In this document: in pieces, positions 1 to 9,502 of the stretch
Position numbering within the stretch: position 1 is the first letter of the stretch
Layout: each line of letters begins with the position of its first letter
Assembly: GCA_049680185.1 (NCBI GenBank)
Contig: JBAUHI010000027.1
Span: 43,383 to 107,382 of the forward strand
Length of the DNA: 64,000 bases
Direction of reading: 5' to 3'
Source: Gemmatimonadales bacterium
Lineage (GTDB): Bacteria; Gemmatimonadota; Gemmatimonadetes; Gemmatimonadales; GWC2-71-9
Made by a program: the position numbers and the translations under genes
Notes under the pieces: model-generated
Databases searched by the model: none
Seen by the model: the letters and a program-made list of their open reading frames with translations, nothing else
What the model was told of the DNA's origin: nothing

Positions 1-1113
1 GACCTCGCCATCCTGCTCCGCGGCGGCTGGGTCCCTTCGCCCAAGATGGGATTCGAGTACCAGGTGCTCCGGACCTCTCCCCAGCGCGATACCTGGCAGC
101 TTCTGGCGACGGATGACTCGCTCAGCCACAGTCTCCAGGGGGATCGCACCGACGGATACTTCCGGGGGTTCTACCGGACTGGGCAGGAAGGGGATGGCGC
201 GGAGTTCGATGTCCTTGCCGGATCGAGCCATTGGAGCGGTGACAGTGTTTCGCAGACCGCCGGCCTTTTCGGCGCCACCGCATCGTACCGCCGACCGACC
301 TGGAAAGTGGACGGGAGTGCGCTGTCGTGGAGCCGCTGGACGCCGCTGGACACGAGGGTCGACGGGGGCTGGACGCCGGTCGCTGGTCTGGCGGTGAGCG
401 GCGAGGCGGTGCACCAGGCGCACGATGGTGGCCGGGAGAGCAACTGGATCGGCCTGCAGGCGGGGATCACGCTGCCGCAGTCACTGGTGCTGGAAGGGAG
501 CGTGCGGGCGGGGCGGGAGGTCGGCGCGCCGGCGGTCCTGGCTGATCCCGCCCAGGAACTCAAGGACTGGCGGGCGTCGGCCGGTTGGCAGCGTAGGGTC
601 ATCGGCCTCGAAGCGGCTTGGGTGCACACGGCGGCGTATCGTCCGCTCGGATTCCAGCCGTACATCGGGATCCCGACGCTGGCCCCGGTGGGCGCCGCGG
701 ATTGGCTGGAGGTGAGTGCCCGGGTGTCGCCGCGGCAGTGGCTGCTCCTTGAGGCGCGCTATGGCGATCCGCAGGGAAGCCTGGTCGATGGGGTCCCGCC
801 GACCCACTCGATCATCACGGCCACGATCCGGTCGAAGTTCCTGCGCCAGTATCGGAGCGGCATCTTCGACCTCAAGCTGCAGCTGGCCATGGAAGCCTGG
901 GGCAAGGGGATCATCGGCCGGGACTCGACCGGTGCCGCGGTGACGCTCCCGGGCGCCACCTTCTTCCGGGGCCAGTTCGAGCTCAAGATCGGCAGTCTGA
1001 TCTTCTACTACACCCGCATCAACCTGCGCAACAGCCTGCTCAGCTATGTGCCCGGATTTCAGATCCCCACCGGTGGCCAGACCTTCGGCGTCCGGTGGGA
1101 ATTCGTCAACTGA
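1..1113 (+). CDS. Putative outer-membrane beta-barrel protein, C-terminal part (5' end outside window)
   Basis: Frame 1 is open from nt 1 into ORF 46..1113. Alternating polar/hydrophobic beta-strand-like pattern rich in G/W/Y, ending ...QTFGVRWEFVN. No enzyme motif recognised. Confidence 0.4.
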   Translation, partial: DLAILLRGGWVPSPKMGFEYQVLRTSPQRDTWQLLATDDSLSHSLQGDRTDGYFRGFYRTGQEGDGAEFDVLAGSSHWSGDSVSQTAGLFGATASYRRPTWKVDGSALSWSRWTPLDTRVDGGWTPVAGLAVSGEAVHQAHDGGRESNWIGLQAGITLPQSLVLEGSVRAGREVGAPAVLADPAQELKDWRASAGWQRRVIGLEAAWVHTAAYRPLGFQPYIGIPTLAPVGAADWLEVSARVSPRQWLLLEARYGDPQGSLVDGVPPTHSIITATIRSKFLRQYRSGIFDLKLQLAMEAWGKGIIGRDSTGAAVTLPGATFFRGQFELKIGSLIFYYTRINLRNSLLSYVPGFQIPTGGQTFGVRWEFVN

Positions 1114-1119
1114 GGCACC

Positions 1120-1149
1120 CTGCCGCCAAGTCCGCGACCAGCCTATATT
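1120..1149 (+). promoter_or_regulatory. Possible sigma70-type promoter of the yicC operon
   Basis: TATATT at 1144-1149 is conspicuous in GC-rich DNA. Only a weak -35 (cTGCCG) lies 18 nt upstream. Sits 43 nt before the yicC ATG. Confidence 0.3.
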
Positions 1150-1191
1150 TCCGGTCTTTTCCGCCACCGTGGGGTCGCGCTGCCGCAGAGC

Positions 1192-2058
1192 ATGACGGGG
1201 TATGGTGCCGCCGAGGCCCCGGTGGCCGGTGGACGGCTTCGGATCGAGGTCCGGACCGTCAATCACCGGTATTTCAACCTGGCGCTGCGATGGCCGGACG
1301 ACCTGGCGATGCTCGAACCGGAGCTGCGTGAGGCCGTGCGCAAGGAGCTCGACCGCGGCCACGTGGCGGTCCAGGGGCGGTGGACCGAACGGACCGAACG
1401 GCGGGCGCCGTTGACCCTCGACCTCGACCGCGCGCAACAGGTGGCCGGGCGACTGCGGGAGCTGCAGGCGGCGTTAGGCCTTCCGGGCGAGGTCACCCTC
1501 GAACTGGTGGCGCGGCAACAGGACGTCCTGGGGACCGCTGCCGTGGCGAGCGAGACCTCGGTGACCTGGGCGGAGGTGGCGCCGATCGTGGGTCAGGCAC
1601 TGGCGGAGTGCCGCTCGATGCGGCTGAAGGAAGGCGGGGTGCTGGTCCAGGAGCTGGAGCATCGGCTCGCGCGGCTTGCCGAGGGAGCGGATCTGGCGGC
1701 CGGCCTTGCGCCGGAACGGCTGGTCCGTGAACGGGACCGGCTTCGTGCCTCGGTGGCGCAATTGCTCGATGGCCGGCCCACGGACGATGCGCGGCTGGCC
1801 CAGGAGCTGGCGTTCCTGGCCGACAAACTCGACATCACCGAGGAACTGGTGCGGTTCCGGGCGCATATCGCCGCGTGCCGTGATGCCCTCAAGGGTTCGG
1901 CCCCGGTCGGGAAGCAGCTGGGATTCCTGGCGCAGGAGCTTGGGCGCGAGGTGAACACCATGGGCGCCAAGGCCAATGACGCGGCCATCACCGCGCAGGT
2001 GGTGATGATGAAGGGTGAACTCGAGAAGTTCCGCGAGCAGCTCGAGAATCTCGAGTGA
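1192..2058 (+). CDS. yicC: YicC/YloC-family stress-induced protein
   Basis: 288 aa. N-terminal MTGYG...VNHRYFNL and C-terminal ELGREVNTMGAKAND are YicC_N/DUF1732 hallmarks. Classic yicC-gmk-rpoZ-coaBC neighbourhood. Confidence 0.85.
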   Translation: MTGYGAAEAPVAGGRLRIEVRTVNHRYFNLALRWPDDLAMLEPELREAVRKELDRGHVAVQGRWTERTERRAPLTLDLDRAQQVAGRLRELQAALGLPGEVTLELVARQQDVLGTAAVASETSVTWAEVAPIVGQALAECRSMRLKEGGVLVQELEHRLARLAEGADLAAGLAPERLVRERDRLRASVAQLLDGRPTDDARLAQELAFLADKLDITEELVRFRAHIAACRDALKGSAPVGKQLGFLAQELGREVNTMGAKANDAAITAQVVMMKGELEKFREQLENLE

Positions 2059-2699
2059 GGCCATTCCTGCTGGTGCTCTCAGCACCGTCGGGGTGCGGCA
2101 AGACGACGATCGCCCGGCGCCTCCTGGCCGAGCGGCCTGGGCTGGGATACTCGGTCTCGGCGACGACCCGGCCACCGCGGACCGGTGAGCGCAACGGAGA
2201 GTCCTACCATTTCCTGGCGCCGGAAGAGTTCGCGCGGCGGATCAAGGCCGGCGATTTCCTGGAATGGGCGGAATACGCCGGGCACAAGTACGGGACGCTG
2301 CGCGCCGATGTGGATGGGATCCTGGCGTCGGGCCGGACCGCGGTGCTGGACATCGAGGTGCAGGGGGCGCGGCAAGTCCGCAAGCACTTCGCGGATGCGG
2401 TGCACGTGTTCATCCTCCCGCCTTCGGGTGCTGCATTGGCCCGACGACTGCGGGGGCGCCTGACCGAGGGGCGTGAGGAGTATGTGGCCCGGCTCAAGCG
2501 GGCGGGGCAGGAGATGCTGGCGGTCTCGGAATACGATTTCGTGATCGTCAATGACGTGCTCGATGCGGCAGTGGCGCAGGTCTCGGCGATCCTCGATGGC
2601 GAGGGGCATCGGGTGACGCGCCAAGTGGGGCTGGATCAACAGGTCGAAACGTTGCGGCGGGAAGTGGCCCGCGAGGCCGACGCCGCGGATACCCAGTAG
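2055..2699 (+). CDS. gmk: Guanylate kinase
   Basis: P-loop SAPSGCGKTT, SVSATTRPPR, EYAGHKYGT. GTGA overlap with the yicC stop. Confidence 0.93.
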   Translation: MRPFLLVLSAPSGCGKTTIARRLLAERPGLGYSVSATTRPPRTGERNGESYHFLAPEEFARRIKAGDFLEWAEYAGHKYGTLRADVDGILASGRTAVLDIEVQGARQVRKHFADAVHVFILPPSGAALARRLRGRLTEGREEYVARLKRAGQEMLAVSEYDFVIVNDVLDAAVAQVSAILDGEGHRVTRQVGLDQQVETLRREVAREADAADTQ

Positions 2700-2713
2700 G
2701 ACGGAGGCAGGAG

Positions 2714-2926
2714 ATGCGGATATACACGCCGGTCGAGGTCGCCAAGCAGGCGGGCAACAAGTACCTCGGCGTCCTCGTGGCCGCGAAGTTCGCGCGGTAC
2801 GCCAATGAGCTCCCCAAGGAGCGCCTGGCCCAGAGCAACCAGAAGCTCACCACGGTGTCGCTCCACGCGCTCACCGAAGGCGACCTGACCTACAAGCTGG
2901 TCCGGCGCCGCCGCTCGGAAGCGTGA
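2714..2926 (+). CDS. rpoZ: DNA-directed RNA polymerase subunit omega (probable)
   Basis: 70-aa ORF in the conserved gmk-rpoZ-coaBC position. NKYLGVLVAAKFARYANE resembles the omega helical core. The call is mainly synteny-based. Confidence 0.65.
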   Translation: MRIYTPVEVAKQAGNKYLGVLVAAKFARYANELPKERLAQSNQKLTTVSLHALTEGDLTYKLVRRRRSEA

Positions 2927-2933
2927 TCGGCGC

Positions 2934-4139
2934 GTGAGCACCTGGTCCGGCCGCCACGTGGTCCTCGGCGTGTCGGGCGGGATCGCCAGCTACAAGAGCT
3001 GCGCCCTTGCCCGACGCCTGACCGAGGCCGGCGCCCAGGTCGACGTGGTGCTCACGTCCGGGGCGGCGGAGTTCGTGCGGCCGGTCACCTTCGAGGCGCT
3101 CACCGGGCGCCGCGTCCTCACCTCCCTCTGGGAGCCGGATGCGGCGCTTTCGCATATCCATCTGGCCCATCGAGCCGACCTGCTCCTCATCGCACCGGCC
3201 ACGGCCAACCTGATCGCCCGGGCGGCCCAGGGGCTCGCCGACGACCTCCTCACGGCGCTCCTTCTGGCTCGGGGGACCAGGCCCCTGCTCCTCGCCCCCG
3301 CCATGAACGATGAGATGTTCGCGCACCCGGCCACCCAGGTGAACTTGGGGACGTTGCGAGCGCGTGGTGTGGCCACCGTCGGTCCCGAAACGGGGGCGCT
3401 GGCCGAAGGGCCATCCGAGCGTCCCGGGCGCATGAGTGAGCCGGAAACGATCATCGCCCACGCGGCGCGCCTCTTGAGGGGCCGCACCAAACTCAGCGGC
3501 AAGCGGGTCGTGGTCACCGCCGGTCCCACGCGGGAGCCGATCGATCCGGTGCGGGTAGTGACCAACCGCTCCAGCGGCCGGATGGGGTACCGCGTGGCCG
3601 AGGCGGCGTGGGAGCGGGGTGCCGACGTGACGCTCATCAGCGGCCCGGTGGAGCTGCCGCCCCCGCCGGGGATCGACGTACGGCGGATCGACACCACCGC
3701 CGAACTGGAAGCGGCGGTCCGGCAGGCGCTCGCGTCCGCCGACGTACTCGTGATGGCCGCCGCCCCCGCCGATTACCGGCCCGTGTCGCCGAGTGCGATC
3801 AAGCGGCCACGGCAGGACGGCGCATTGGCGCTGCCGCTCGAACCCACCGCCGACATCCTGAGCGTCACAGCCACCGCCCGCCGGCCCGGGAGCATGATCG
3901 TCGGCTTTGCGCTCGAGACCGGCGATGCGCTGGCCAAGGGGAAGGCCAAGCTTGAGCGCAAGGCGCTCGACCTCATCGTGATCAACGACGCCCTCGAGCC
4001 TGGCGCCGGGTTTGAAGTGGACACCAATCGCGTGGCCATCCTGGGGCGGGACGGCACATCGATGATCCTGCCTCTGCAGTCGAAGCGGGAGACGGCCGAG
4101 AAGATCCTTGACGCCGTGGAGGCGCGCCTCGATGGATGA
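2934..4139 (+). CDS. coaBC: Bifunctional phosphopantothenoylcysteine decarboxylase / phosphopantothenate-cysteine ligase
   Basis: 401 aa. N-terminal flavoprotein half (VVLGVSGGIASYKS, PAMNDEMF) plus C-terminal ligase half (VVVTAGPTREPIDPVRVVTNRSSGRMG). GTG start. Confidence 0.93.
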   Translation: MSTWSGRHVVLGVSGGIASYKSCALARRLTEAGAQVDVVLTSGAAEFVRPVTFEALTGRRVLTSLWEPDAALSHIHLAHRADLLLIAPATANLIARAAQGLADDLLTALLLARGTRPLLLAPAMNDEMFAHPATQVNLGTLRARGVATVGPETGALAEGPSERPGRMSEPETIIAHAARLLRGRTKLSGKRVVVTAGPTREPIDPVRVVTNRSSGRMGYRVAEAAWERGADVTLISGPVELPPPPGIDVRRIDTTAELEAAVRQALASADVLVMAAAPADYRPVSPSAIKRPRQDGALALPLEPTADILSVTATARRPGSMIVGFALETGDALAKGKAKLERKALDLIVINDALEPGAGFEVDTNRVAILGRDGTSMILPLQSKRETAEKILDAVEARLDG

Positions 4140-4971
4140 CCGGGCGCGGTACCTCAAGCAGCAGGCGGAGTTGGGCGGCAGCGAGGTGGTGGTCAGTGCG
4201 CGCGCGGTGGTGCACGTCGAGGCGCCGAAGTCCGCGGCGCCGGATCGACCGGCGTCACCGAGGGCCCATCCGCGCGAGGAGCAGCGTGCCACGCCGCCGG
4301 CGCCACGATCGACACCGCCAGAGCCCGCCGGCGCCGACTGGCGGAAGGGCGCGCCGCCGATCCCTGGCCCCGGCCTGTCGGTGCTGCCGCCCGCCTTCGC
4401 AGCCGGCGATGATCGATCCCAGTTGGCGACGCTCGATGCCGTTGCGGCGATGGTGCGCGAGTGCCGGCGTTGCCCGCTTTGCGAGGGGCGCACCAATGCC
4501 GTTCCTGGTGAAGGCGATCCGGCGGCGCGATTGGTCGTGGTGGGCGAGGGTCCTGGCCAGACCGAGGACCAGACCGGGCGCCCGTTCGTCGGTCGCGCCG
4601 GGGAGCTGCTCGACAAGATCCTGCTTTCGATACAAGTTCCGCGAACCAGTGCCTTCATCCTCAACATCGTGAAGTGCCGCCCGCCGCAGAACCGGGCACC
4701 GTTGCCCGATGAGATCGCGGCGTGCGCGCCGTACCTCCATCGCCAACTGGCGCTGCTGCGGCCCAAGGTCATCATCGCGGCCGGCACCACTGCGGCGGGA
4801 GCACTGCTCCAGTCCCGCAAGAGCCTGGGCCAGCTGCGCGGCCAGGTCCATCGCTATGGAGATGTGCCGCTGGTCGTGACCTACCATCCGGCCGCACTGC
4901 TCCGCAACCCCAACTGGAAGAAGCCGACCTGGGATGACGTCCGTATTGCCAGACAGCTCCTCGACGCCTGA
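4132..4971 (+). CDS. Family-4 uracil-DNA glycosylase with a ~100-aa Pro/Ala-rich N-terminal extension
   Basis: ECRRCPLC...VPGEGDPAARLVVVGEGPGQTEDQTGRPFVGRAGELL and HPAALLR motifs. Track ORF begins at 4108; the ATG at 4132 overlaps the coaBC stop. Start uncertain. Confidence 0.85.
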   Translation: MDDRARYLKQQAELGGSEVVVSARAVVHVEAPKSAAPDRPASPRAHPREEQRATPPAPRSTPPEPAGADWRKGAPPIPGPGLSVLPPAFAAGDDRSQLATLDAVAAMVRECRRCPLCEGRTNAVPGEGDPAARLVVVGEGPGQTEDQTGRPFVGRAGELLDKILLSIQVPRTSAFILNIVKCRPPQNRAPLPDEIAACAPYLHRQLALLRPKVIIAAGTTAAGALLQSRKSLGQLRGQVHRYGDVPLVVTYHPAALLRNPNWKKPTWDDVRIARQLLDA

Positions 4972-6358
4972 CGCTCCGGCTGCGCCCCGCGGCGCACCCT
5001 GGGACAACGATGCCGAACAGGCGGTCCTCGGCGCGATGCTCCTCGACCAGGACGCCTCGCTTCGGGCGGCGGAGCTGCTCGAGGATTGGATGTTCTACGC
5101 CGAGCGGCACCGCCGGATCTTCCGAGCGATGCTGCACCTGGCCGAACAGCGGATCGTCATCGACCAGCTGACGCTCCGGGATGAACTGGTGCGCCGGGGC
5201 GAGCTCGATAGCACCGGCGGCCTGCCGTACGTCTCCGAGCTGGTCGACGCGGTGCCCACCGCGGCCAACCTCGAGTTCCACGCCGGGATCGTGCGGGAGA
5301 AGGCCATCCAGCGACGCCTGATCGAGGCGGCGACCCAGATCATCCAGGAGACCTACGAAGGCCGCAGCCGTTCCGGCGAGCTCCTCGACCGGGCGGAGGC
5401 GAAGATCTTCCAGATCGCCCAGGCGCGGAGGGACGACGGTTTCAAAGGCATCAAGGAGATGCTCTGGCCCACGATGGAGCGCATTGAAAAGCTCCAGGGC
5501 AACGCGAAATCGGTTACCGGTGTGGCGAGCGGCTTCCGAGATTTGGACCAGCTCACGGCGGGGTTCCAGCCGGCGGAACTGATCATCGTGGCGGCGCGTC
5601 CGTCGATGGGGAAGACCGCCTTCTGTCTCAACCTTGCCGCCCACGCCGCCCTCGAGGCGGAGACGGGCGTCGCGATCTTCTCACTCGAAATGAGCAAGGA
5701 AGCGCTGGTCCAGCGGCTGCTCTGCGCCGAGGCGCAGGTGGACAGCTCCAAGGTGCGGACCGGGCGACTCAGGGACGACGAATATTCCCGGCTGGCCCGC
5801 GGTGCCGGGGTGCTCTCCCAGGCCCGGATCTGGATCGACGACACCCCGTCGCTCACGTTGCTGGAGATGCGCTCGAAGGCCCGTCGGCTCAAGGCGGAAA
5901 ATGACATCGGGTTGATCATCGTGGACTACCTGCAGTTGATGCGGAGCCCGGAGATGCAGGAGAATCGTGTGCAGGAGATCTCGGACATCTCGCGCTCGCT
6001 GAAGGGGCTGGCGCGGGAGCTGGAGCTGCCGGTCATCGCGCTGTCCCAGCTCTCGCGCGCCTCCGAGCAGCGGGGCGGGGAGCGCACGCCGATCCTCTCC
6101 GACCTGCGCGATTCCGGCGCCATCGAGCAGGACGCCGACCAGGTGGTGTTCATCCACCGGCCCGAGATGTACAAGGACCTCCGCGACAAGGCGGAGAAGG
6201 AGGGCCGGAACCTCGACGGCGTGGCCGAGATCAATCTGGCCAAGAATCGGAACGGACCCACGGGGTCGTTCGAGCTCTTCTTCAACAAGGCCGTCACCCG
6301 ATTCAGCGACCACTCGGACCGGGAGCCGCCGGCCGAGGCGATCCCCGATGACGCCTAA
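4934..6358 (+). CDS. dnaB: Replicative DNA helicase DnaB
   Basis: 474 aa. AEQAVLGAMLLD N-domain, Walker A ARPSMGKTAF, IIVDYLQLM, AKNRNGPTG. Confidence 0.95.
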   Translation: MTSVLPDSSSTPDAPAAPRGAPWDNDAEQAVLGAMLLDQDASLRAAELLEDWMFYAERHRRIFRAMLHLAEQRIVIDQLTLRDELVRRGELDSTGGLPYVSELVDAVPTAANLEFHAGIVREKAIQRRLIEAATQIIQETYEGRSRSGELLDRAEAKIFQIAQARRDDGFKGIKEMLWPTMERIEKLQGNAKSVTGVASGFRDLDQLTAGFQPAELIIVAARPSMGKTAFCLNLAAHAALEAETGVAIFSLEMSKEALVQRLLCAEAQVDSSKVRTGRLRDDEYSRLARGAGVLSQARIWIDDTPSLTLLEMRSKARRLKAENDIGLIIVDYLQLMRSPEMQENRVQEISDISRSLKGLARELELPVIALSQLSRASEQRGGERTPILSDLRDSGAIEQDADQVVFIHRPEMYKDLRDKAEKEGRNLDGVAEINLAKNRNGPTGSFELFFNKAVTRFSDHSDREPPAEAIPDDA

Positions 6359-7724
6359 GGCCCGGTCGGTCTATCGCTGTGCGGAATGCGGTCACGACCA
6401 TTCGAAGTGGGTCGGCCGCTGTGAAGGGTGCGGGGAGTGGAACACGGTGGCCGAGGAACCGGTCGTCGAGCCTTCAGCGCGCGCCGGTGTCAGGGTCGCG
6501 CGTCGCTCGAGTGCGGTGAGTGGCGGTCCCGCGCCGGCACGGTTGGGTGACATCTCGGAGTCGCGGTTGGAGCGCTGGTTGGTGGGGTTGCCCGAATTCG
6601 ATTTCGTCCTGGGCGGCGGGATCGTCCCCGGATCGCTGACGCTGGTCGGGGGCGAGCCCGGGATCGGCAAGTCGACGCTGCTCCTGCAGGCGTGCGCCCG
6701 GCTCGAGGCGGCGGGACACCGGACGCTCTACGTGAGCGGGGAAGAGTCGCCGGACCAGATCCGCCTCCGGGCCCAGCGCCTGGAAGAGGACACCAGCGCG
6801 GTCCACGTGCTCGGCGAGACCCGGCTGGAAGCGATCCTGGCGGCGACCACCAGCGTCGGCGCCGATGTCGTCATCCTCGATTCCATCCAGACCGTCTATA
6901 CCGATGTGCTCGAAGGAGCGCCTGGCAGCGTGGGCCAGGTGCGGGAATGTGCTGCGCTCCTGATGCGCTTCGCCAAGGAGAGCGGGTCGGCGGTAATGGT
7001 CGTAGGGCACGTGACCAAGGGCGGCAGCGTCGCCGGCCCCAAAACGTTGGAACACATCGTGGACACCGTGCTCTACTTCGAGGGCGAAGGGATGCACGAC
7101 CACCGGCTCCTCCGCGCCACCAAGAACCGATTCGGGTCGGTCGATGAGGTCGGTGTCTTCGCGATGACCGAGCGTGGCCTCATCCCGGTGCAGAGCCCTT
7201 CGGCCCTCTTCCTCGCGGCCCGGGCCTCCGGCATCAGCGGCAGCGCCGTCACCGCGGTGATGGAAGGGACCCGTCCGATGCTGGTCGAGGTGCAGGCGCT
7301 CGCGGCCCGTTCGGGCTATGGCACCCCGCAACGGGTGGCCACCGGTCTCGATCACAAGCGGCTCGCGGTGCTGCTCGCGGTACTGGAACGACGCGGCAAG
7401 GCGTCGTTCGCCGATCTCGACGTGTTCGTGCAGGTGAGCGCCGGTGTGCGGCTGAACGAACCGGCCGCGGACCTGGCCGTGGCGGCGGCGCTGGTCTCGA
7501 GCGTCAAGGATCGACCAGCACCGGCCGATGCACTCTTCCTGGGCGAGGTCGGCCTGGGTGGCGAGGTCCGGCCGGTGAGCGGGATGGACCGCCGATTGGC
7601 GGAGGCGCAGCGATTGGGATTCAAACGGGCGTTCGTGCCGGCGCGCTTTGCCGGACGGGGCGGCGGCCTCCACCTGGTCCCGCTCGATCACATCGAAGCG
7701 CTGGTGGCGGCACTTGCCGCGTGA
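6348..7724 (+). CDS. radA: DNA repair protein RadA/Sms
   Basis: N-terminal zinc finger CAECGHDHSKWVGRCEGCGEWN, Walker A GEPGIGKST, KNRFG motif, Lon-like C-terminal domain. Overlaps the dnaB stop. Confidence 0.95.
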   Translation: MTPKARSVYRCAECGHDHSKWVGRCEGCGEWNTVAEEPVVEPSARAGVRVARRSSAVSGGPAPARLGDISESRLERWLVGLPEFDFVLGGGIVPGSLTLVGGEPGIGKSTLLLQACARLEAAGHRTLYVSGEESPDQIRLRAQRLEEDTSAVHVLGETRLEAILAATTSVGADVVILDSIQTVYTDVLEGAPGSVGQVRECAALLMRFAKESGSAVMVVGHVTKGGSVAGPKTLEHIVDTVLYFEGEGMHDHRLLRATKNRFGSVDEVGVFAMTERGLIPVQSPSALFLAARASGISGSAVTAVMEGTRPMLVEVQALAARSGYGTPQRVATGLDHKRLAVLLAVLERRGKASFADLDVFVQVSAGVRLNEPAADLAVAAALVSSVKDRPAPADALFLGEVGLGGEVRPVSGMDRRLAEAQRLGFKRAFVPARFAGRGGGLHLVPLDHIEALVAALAA

Positions 7725-8400
7725 TGTCGGAGTGGTCGTGGTGGCGGCCGGACGCGGCGTCAGGGCCGGTGGCGGAGTGCCCAAGCAATTCCGCGACCTC
7801 GCCGGTGTGCCACTCCTGCTCCACGCCCTTCGGCCGTTCACCGGGCATCCGGACGTGGCCCATGTGGTGCTCGTGCTCCCCGCCGATAGCGTCGACCATC
7901 CACCGGAGTGGCTGGTCGGACTTCGCAGCGAGGGCCTGATGTTCGTGGCAGGCGGTGCGGCGCGGAGCGACTCGGTCAGGGCAGGACTCGCAGCGCTGCG
8001 AGCGGAGTGCCGCACGGTGCTGGTGCACGATGGCGCGCGCCCGTTCGTCGAACGGGATCTGATCGACGCGGTGATCGCCGGTGCACGCGCGGGAGACGGC
8101 ATCGTGCCGGCCATTCCCGAGGGCGATACGCTCAAGCAGGTGAGTGCGGACGGCCAGACGGTCGAACGCACGGTGCCGCGGGAGCGACTCTGGCGGGCGC
8201 AGACCCCACAGGGCTTCCCGCGCGAGATGCTCGCGTCCGCCTACGCTCGCCCGCGCTCCCCCTCCGCCACCGACGATGCCGGCGTCGTCGAGGCGGGGGG
8301 CGGACGAGTGCGCGTCATCCCGGGTTCTCCCCGGAACATCAAAGTCACCTCGCCCGCCGATCTCGAACTGGCGGAACTCCTGGCTGGGGCGCCGCGATGA
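7714..8400 (+). CDS. ispD: 2-C-methyl-D-erythritol 4-phosphate cytidylyltransferase
   Basis: VVVAAGRGVRAGGGVPKQF, LVHDGARPF, WRAQTPQGF. Track ORF starts at 7648 inside radA. TTG 7714 or GTG 7732 are more plausible starts. Confidence 0.88.
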   Translation: MPRDVGVVVVAAGRGVRAGGGVPKQFRDLAGVPLLLHALRPFTGHPDVAHVVLVLPADSVDHPPEWLVGLRSEGLMFVAGGAARSDSVRAGLAALRAECRTVLVHDGARPFVERDLIDAVIAGARAGDGIVPAIPEGDTLKQVSADGQTVERTVPRERLWRAQTPQGFPREMLASAYARPRSPSATDDAGVVEAGGGRVRVIPGSPRNIKVTSPADLELAELLAGAPR

Positions 8401-9044
8401 TCCTCCCGTTCACCGGCGCCGATGTGGCCACGACGATCCCCAAGGCCATCGCGCACATCCGGGGTGGCGGTCTCCTTGGCTACCCGACCGAGACGGTCTA
8501 CGGACTAGGCGGACGGGTCGACCTGGAGTCGGTCCGCGCGCTCGCCAAGCTCAAGGGGCGTCCCGACGGGAAGCCGTTCCTGGTGCTGGTGTCGGATGTG
8601 CCGATGGCCGAGTCGCTGGGGCTCCTGTTCAACGATGCGGCACGGGCAATGGCGCGGGCATTCTGGCCGGGGCCGCTCACGCTCGCACTGCCGAGCACTG
8701 GCACCAAGCTTCCGACCCAGCTGCGGGGTCCCGAAGGGGGGATCGCCGTGCGCCACACCAGCCACCCCGACGTGGCGCGGCTCATCAAGGCGTTGGGCGA
8801 GCCGCTGACCAGCACCTCCGCCAATCGACCTGGGACTCCACCGGCGCCCGGCGCCGATCGACTGGCGGAGGCCTTCGGCGACGCGGTGGCAACGGGACAG
8901 CTGCTGGTGCTCGACGGCGGCGTGTTGGGCAATGTCCCGCCGTCCACCCTGGTCGATTGCACCGGGAGCGTGGCACGGCTCATCCGCGAGGGCGCGATCC
9001 CGCGCTCTGAGCTCCGGCGCGCCGTCGGGAGACTGGCGCCGTGA
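8397..9044 (+). CDS. tsaC: L-threonylcarbamoyladenylate synthase (YrdC/TsaC family)
   Basis: GGLLGYPTETVYGLG, PLTSTSANRPG. The ATG overlaps the ispD stop (ATGA). The track ORF 7908..9044 upstream part is Arg-rich read-through. Confidence 0.85.
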   Translation: MILPFTGADVATTIPKAIAHIRGGGLLGYPTETVYGLGGRVDLESVRALAKLKGRPDGKPFLVLVSDVPMAESLGLLFNDAARAMARAFWPGPLTLALPSTGTKLPTQLRGPEGGIAVRHTSHPDVARLIKALGEPLTSTSANRPGTPPAPGADRLAEAFGDAVATGQLLVLDGGVLGNVPPSTLVDCTGSVARLIREGAIPRSELRRAVGRLAP

Positions 9045-9502
9045 AGATCTTGCTCGTCTGCACCGGCAACACCTGCCGCTCACCGATGGCCGAGGCGTTG
9101 CTGCGGCGAGCGCTCTCCGAGGCGGGTTCGGCACACGAGGTGACCTCGGCCGGCACTGCGCCCTGGGACGGATCGCCGGCATCGGAAGGATCGTATCTCG
9201 TGGCACTCGAGCACGGGCTTGATCTCTCGGCGCACCGTGCCCGCCACGCGACGTCCGAGTTGATCGCGCGTGCTGACCTGATCCTCACGATGTCGCGCTC
9301 GCATCTGGAGCGGGTCGAGGCGCTGGGCGGTGCGGGGAAGTCCCATCTCCTGGGTGAGTTCGTGGGCGTGAGCGATGAGGAGGCGGAGGTGCTCGATCCG
9401 ATGGGTGGCGAGATCGACGGCTATCGTGAGGCCTTCGACCGGTTGGACCACCTTACCCGGCTGGCGGTGCAACGCCTGCCCGCGACCGGCGCGAAGGGAT
9501 GA
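9041..9502 (+). CDS. Low-molecular-weight protein-tyrosine/arginine phosphatase
   Basis: Active-site loop LLVCTGNTCRSPMAE and a DP motif. The tsaC-ptp pairing is common. Confidence 0.88.
   Translation: MKILLVCTGNTCRSPMAEALLRRALSEAGSAHEVTSAGTAPWDGSPASEGSYLVALEHGLDLSAHRARHATSELIARADLILTMSRSHLERVEALGGAGKSHLLGEFVGVSDEEAEVLDPMGGEIDGYREAFDRLDHLTRLAVQRLPATGAKG

Noticed and set aside
2871-4820. 649-aa ORF on the minus strand opposite coaBC and the UDG gene
   Set aside because: The product is Arg/Gly/Pro-rich with no motifs. It is the typical shadow frame of a GC3-rich coding strand, and the plus-strand genes are unambiguous.
7908-8396. 5' extensions of track ORFs, e.g. 7908..8396 before tsaC
   Set aside because: The same applies to 11314..12066 before pgk, 23290..23463 before sdhA, 38915..39154 before nuoG, 42893..43363 before nuoL, 53169..53336 before sucC and 33594..34025 before the M1 peptidase. 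The extended parts overlap the preceding gene out of frame, are Arg-rich, and precede start codons that match homologue N-termini and stop/start overlaps.
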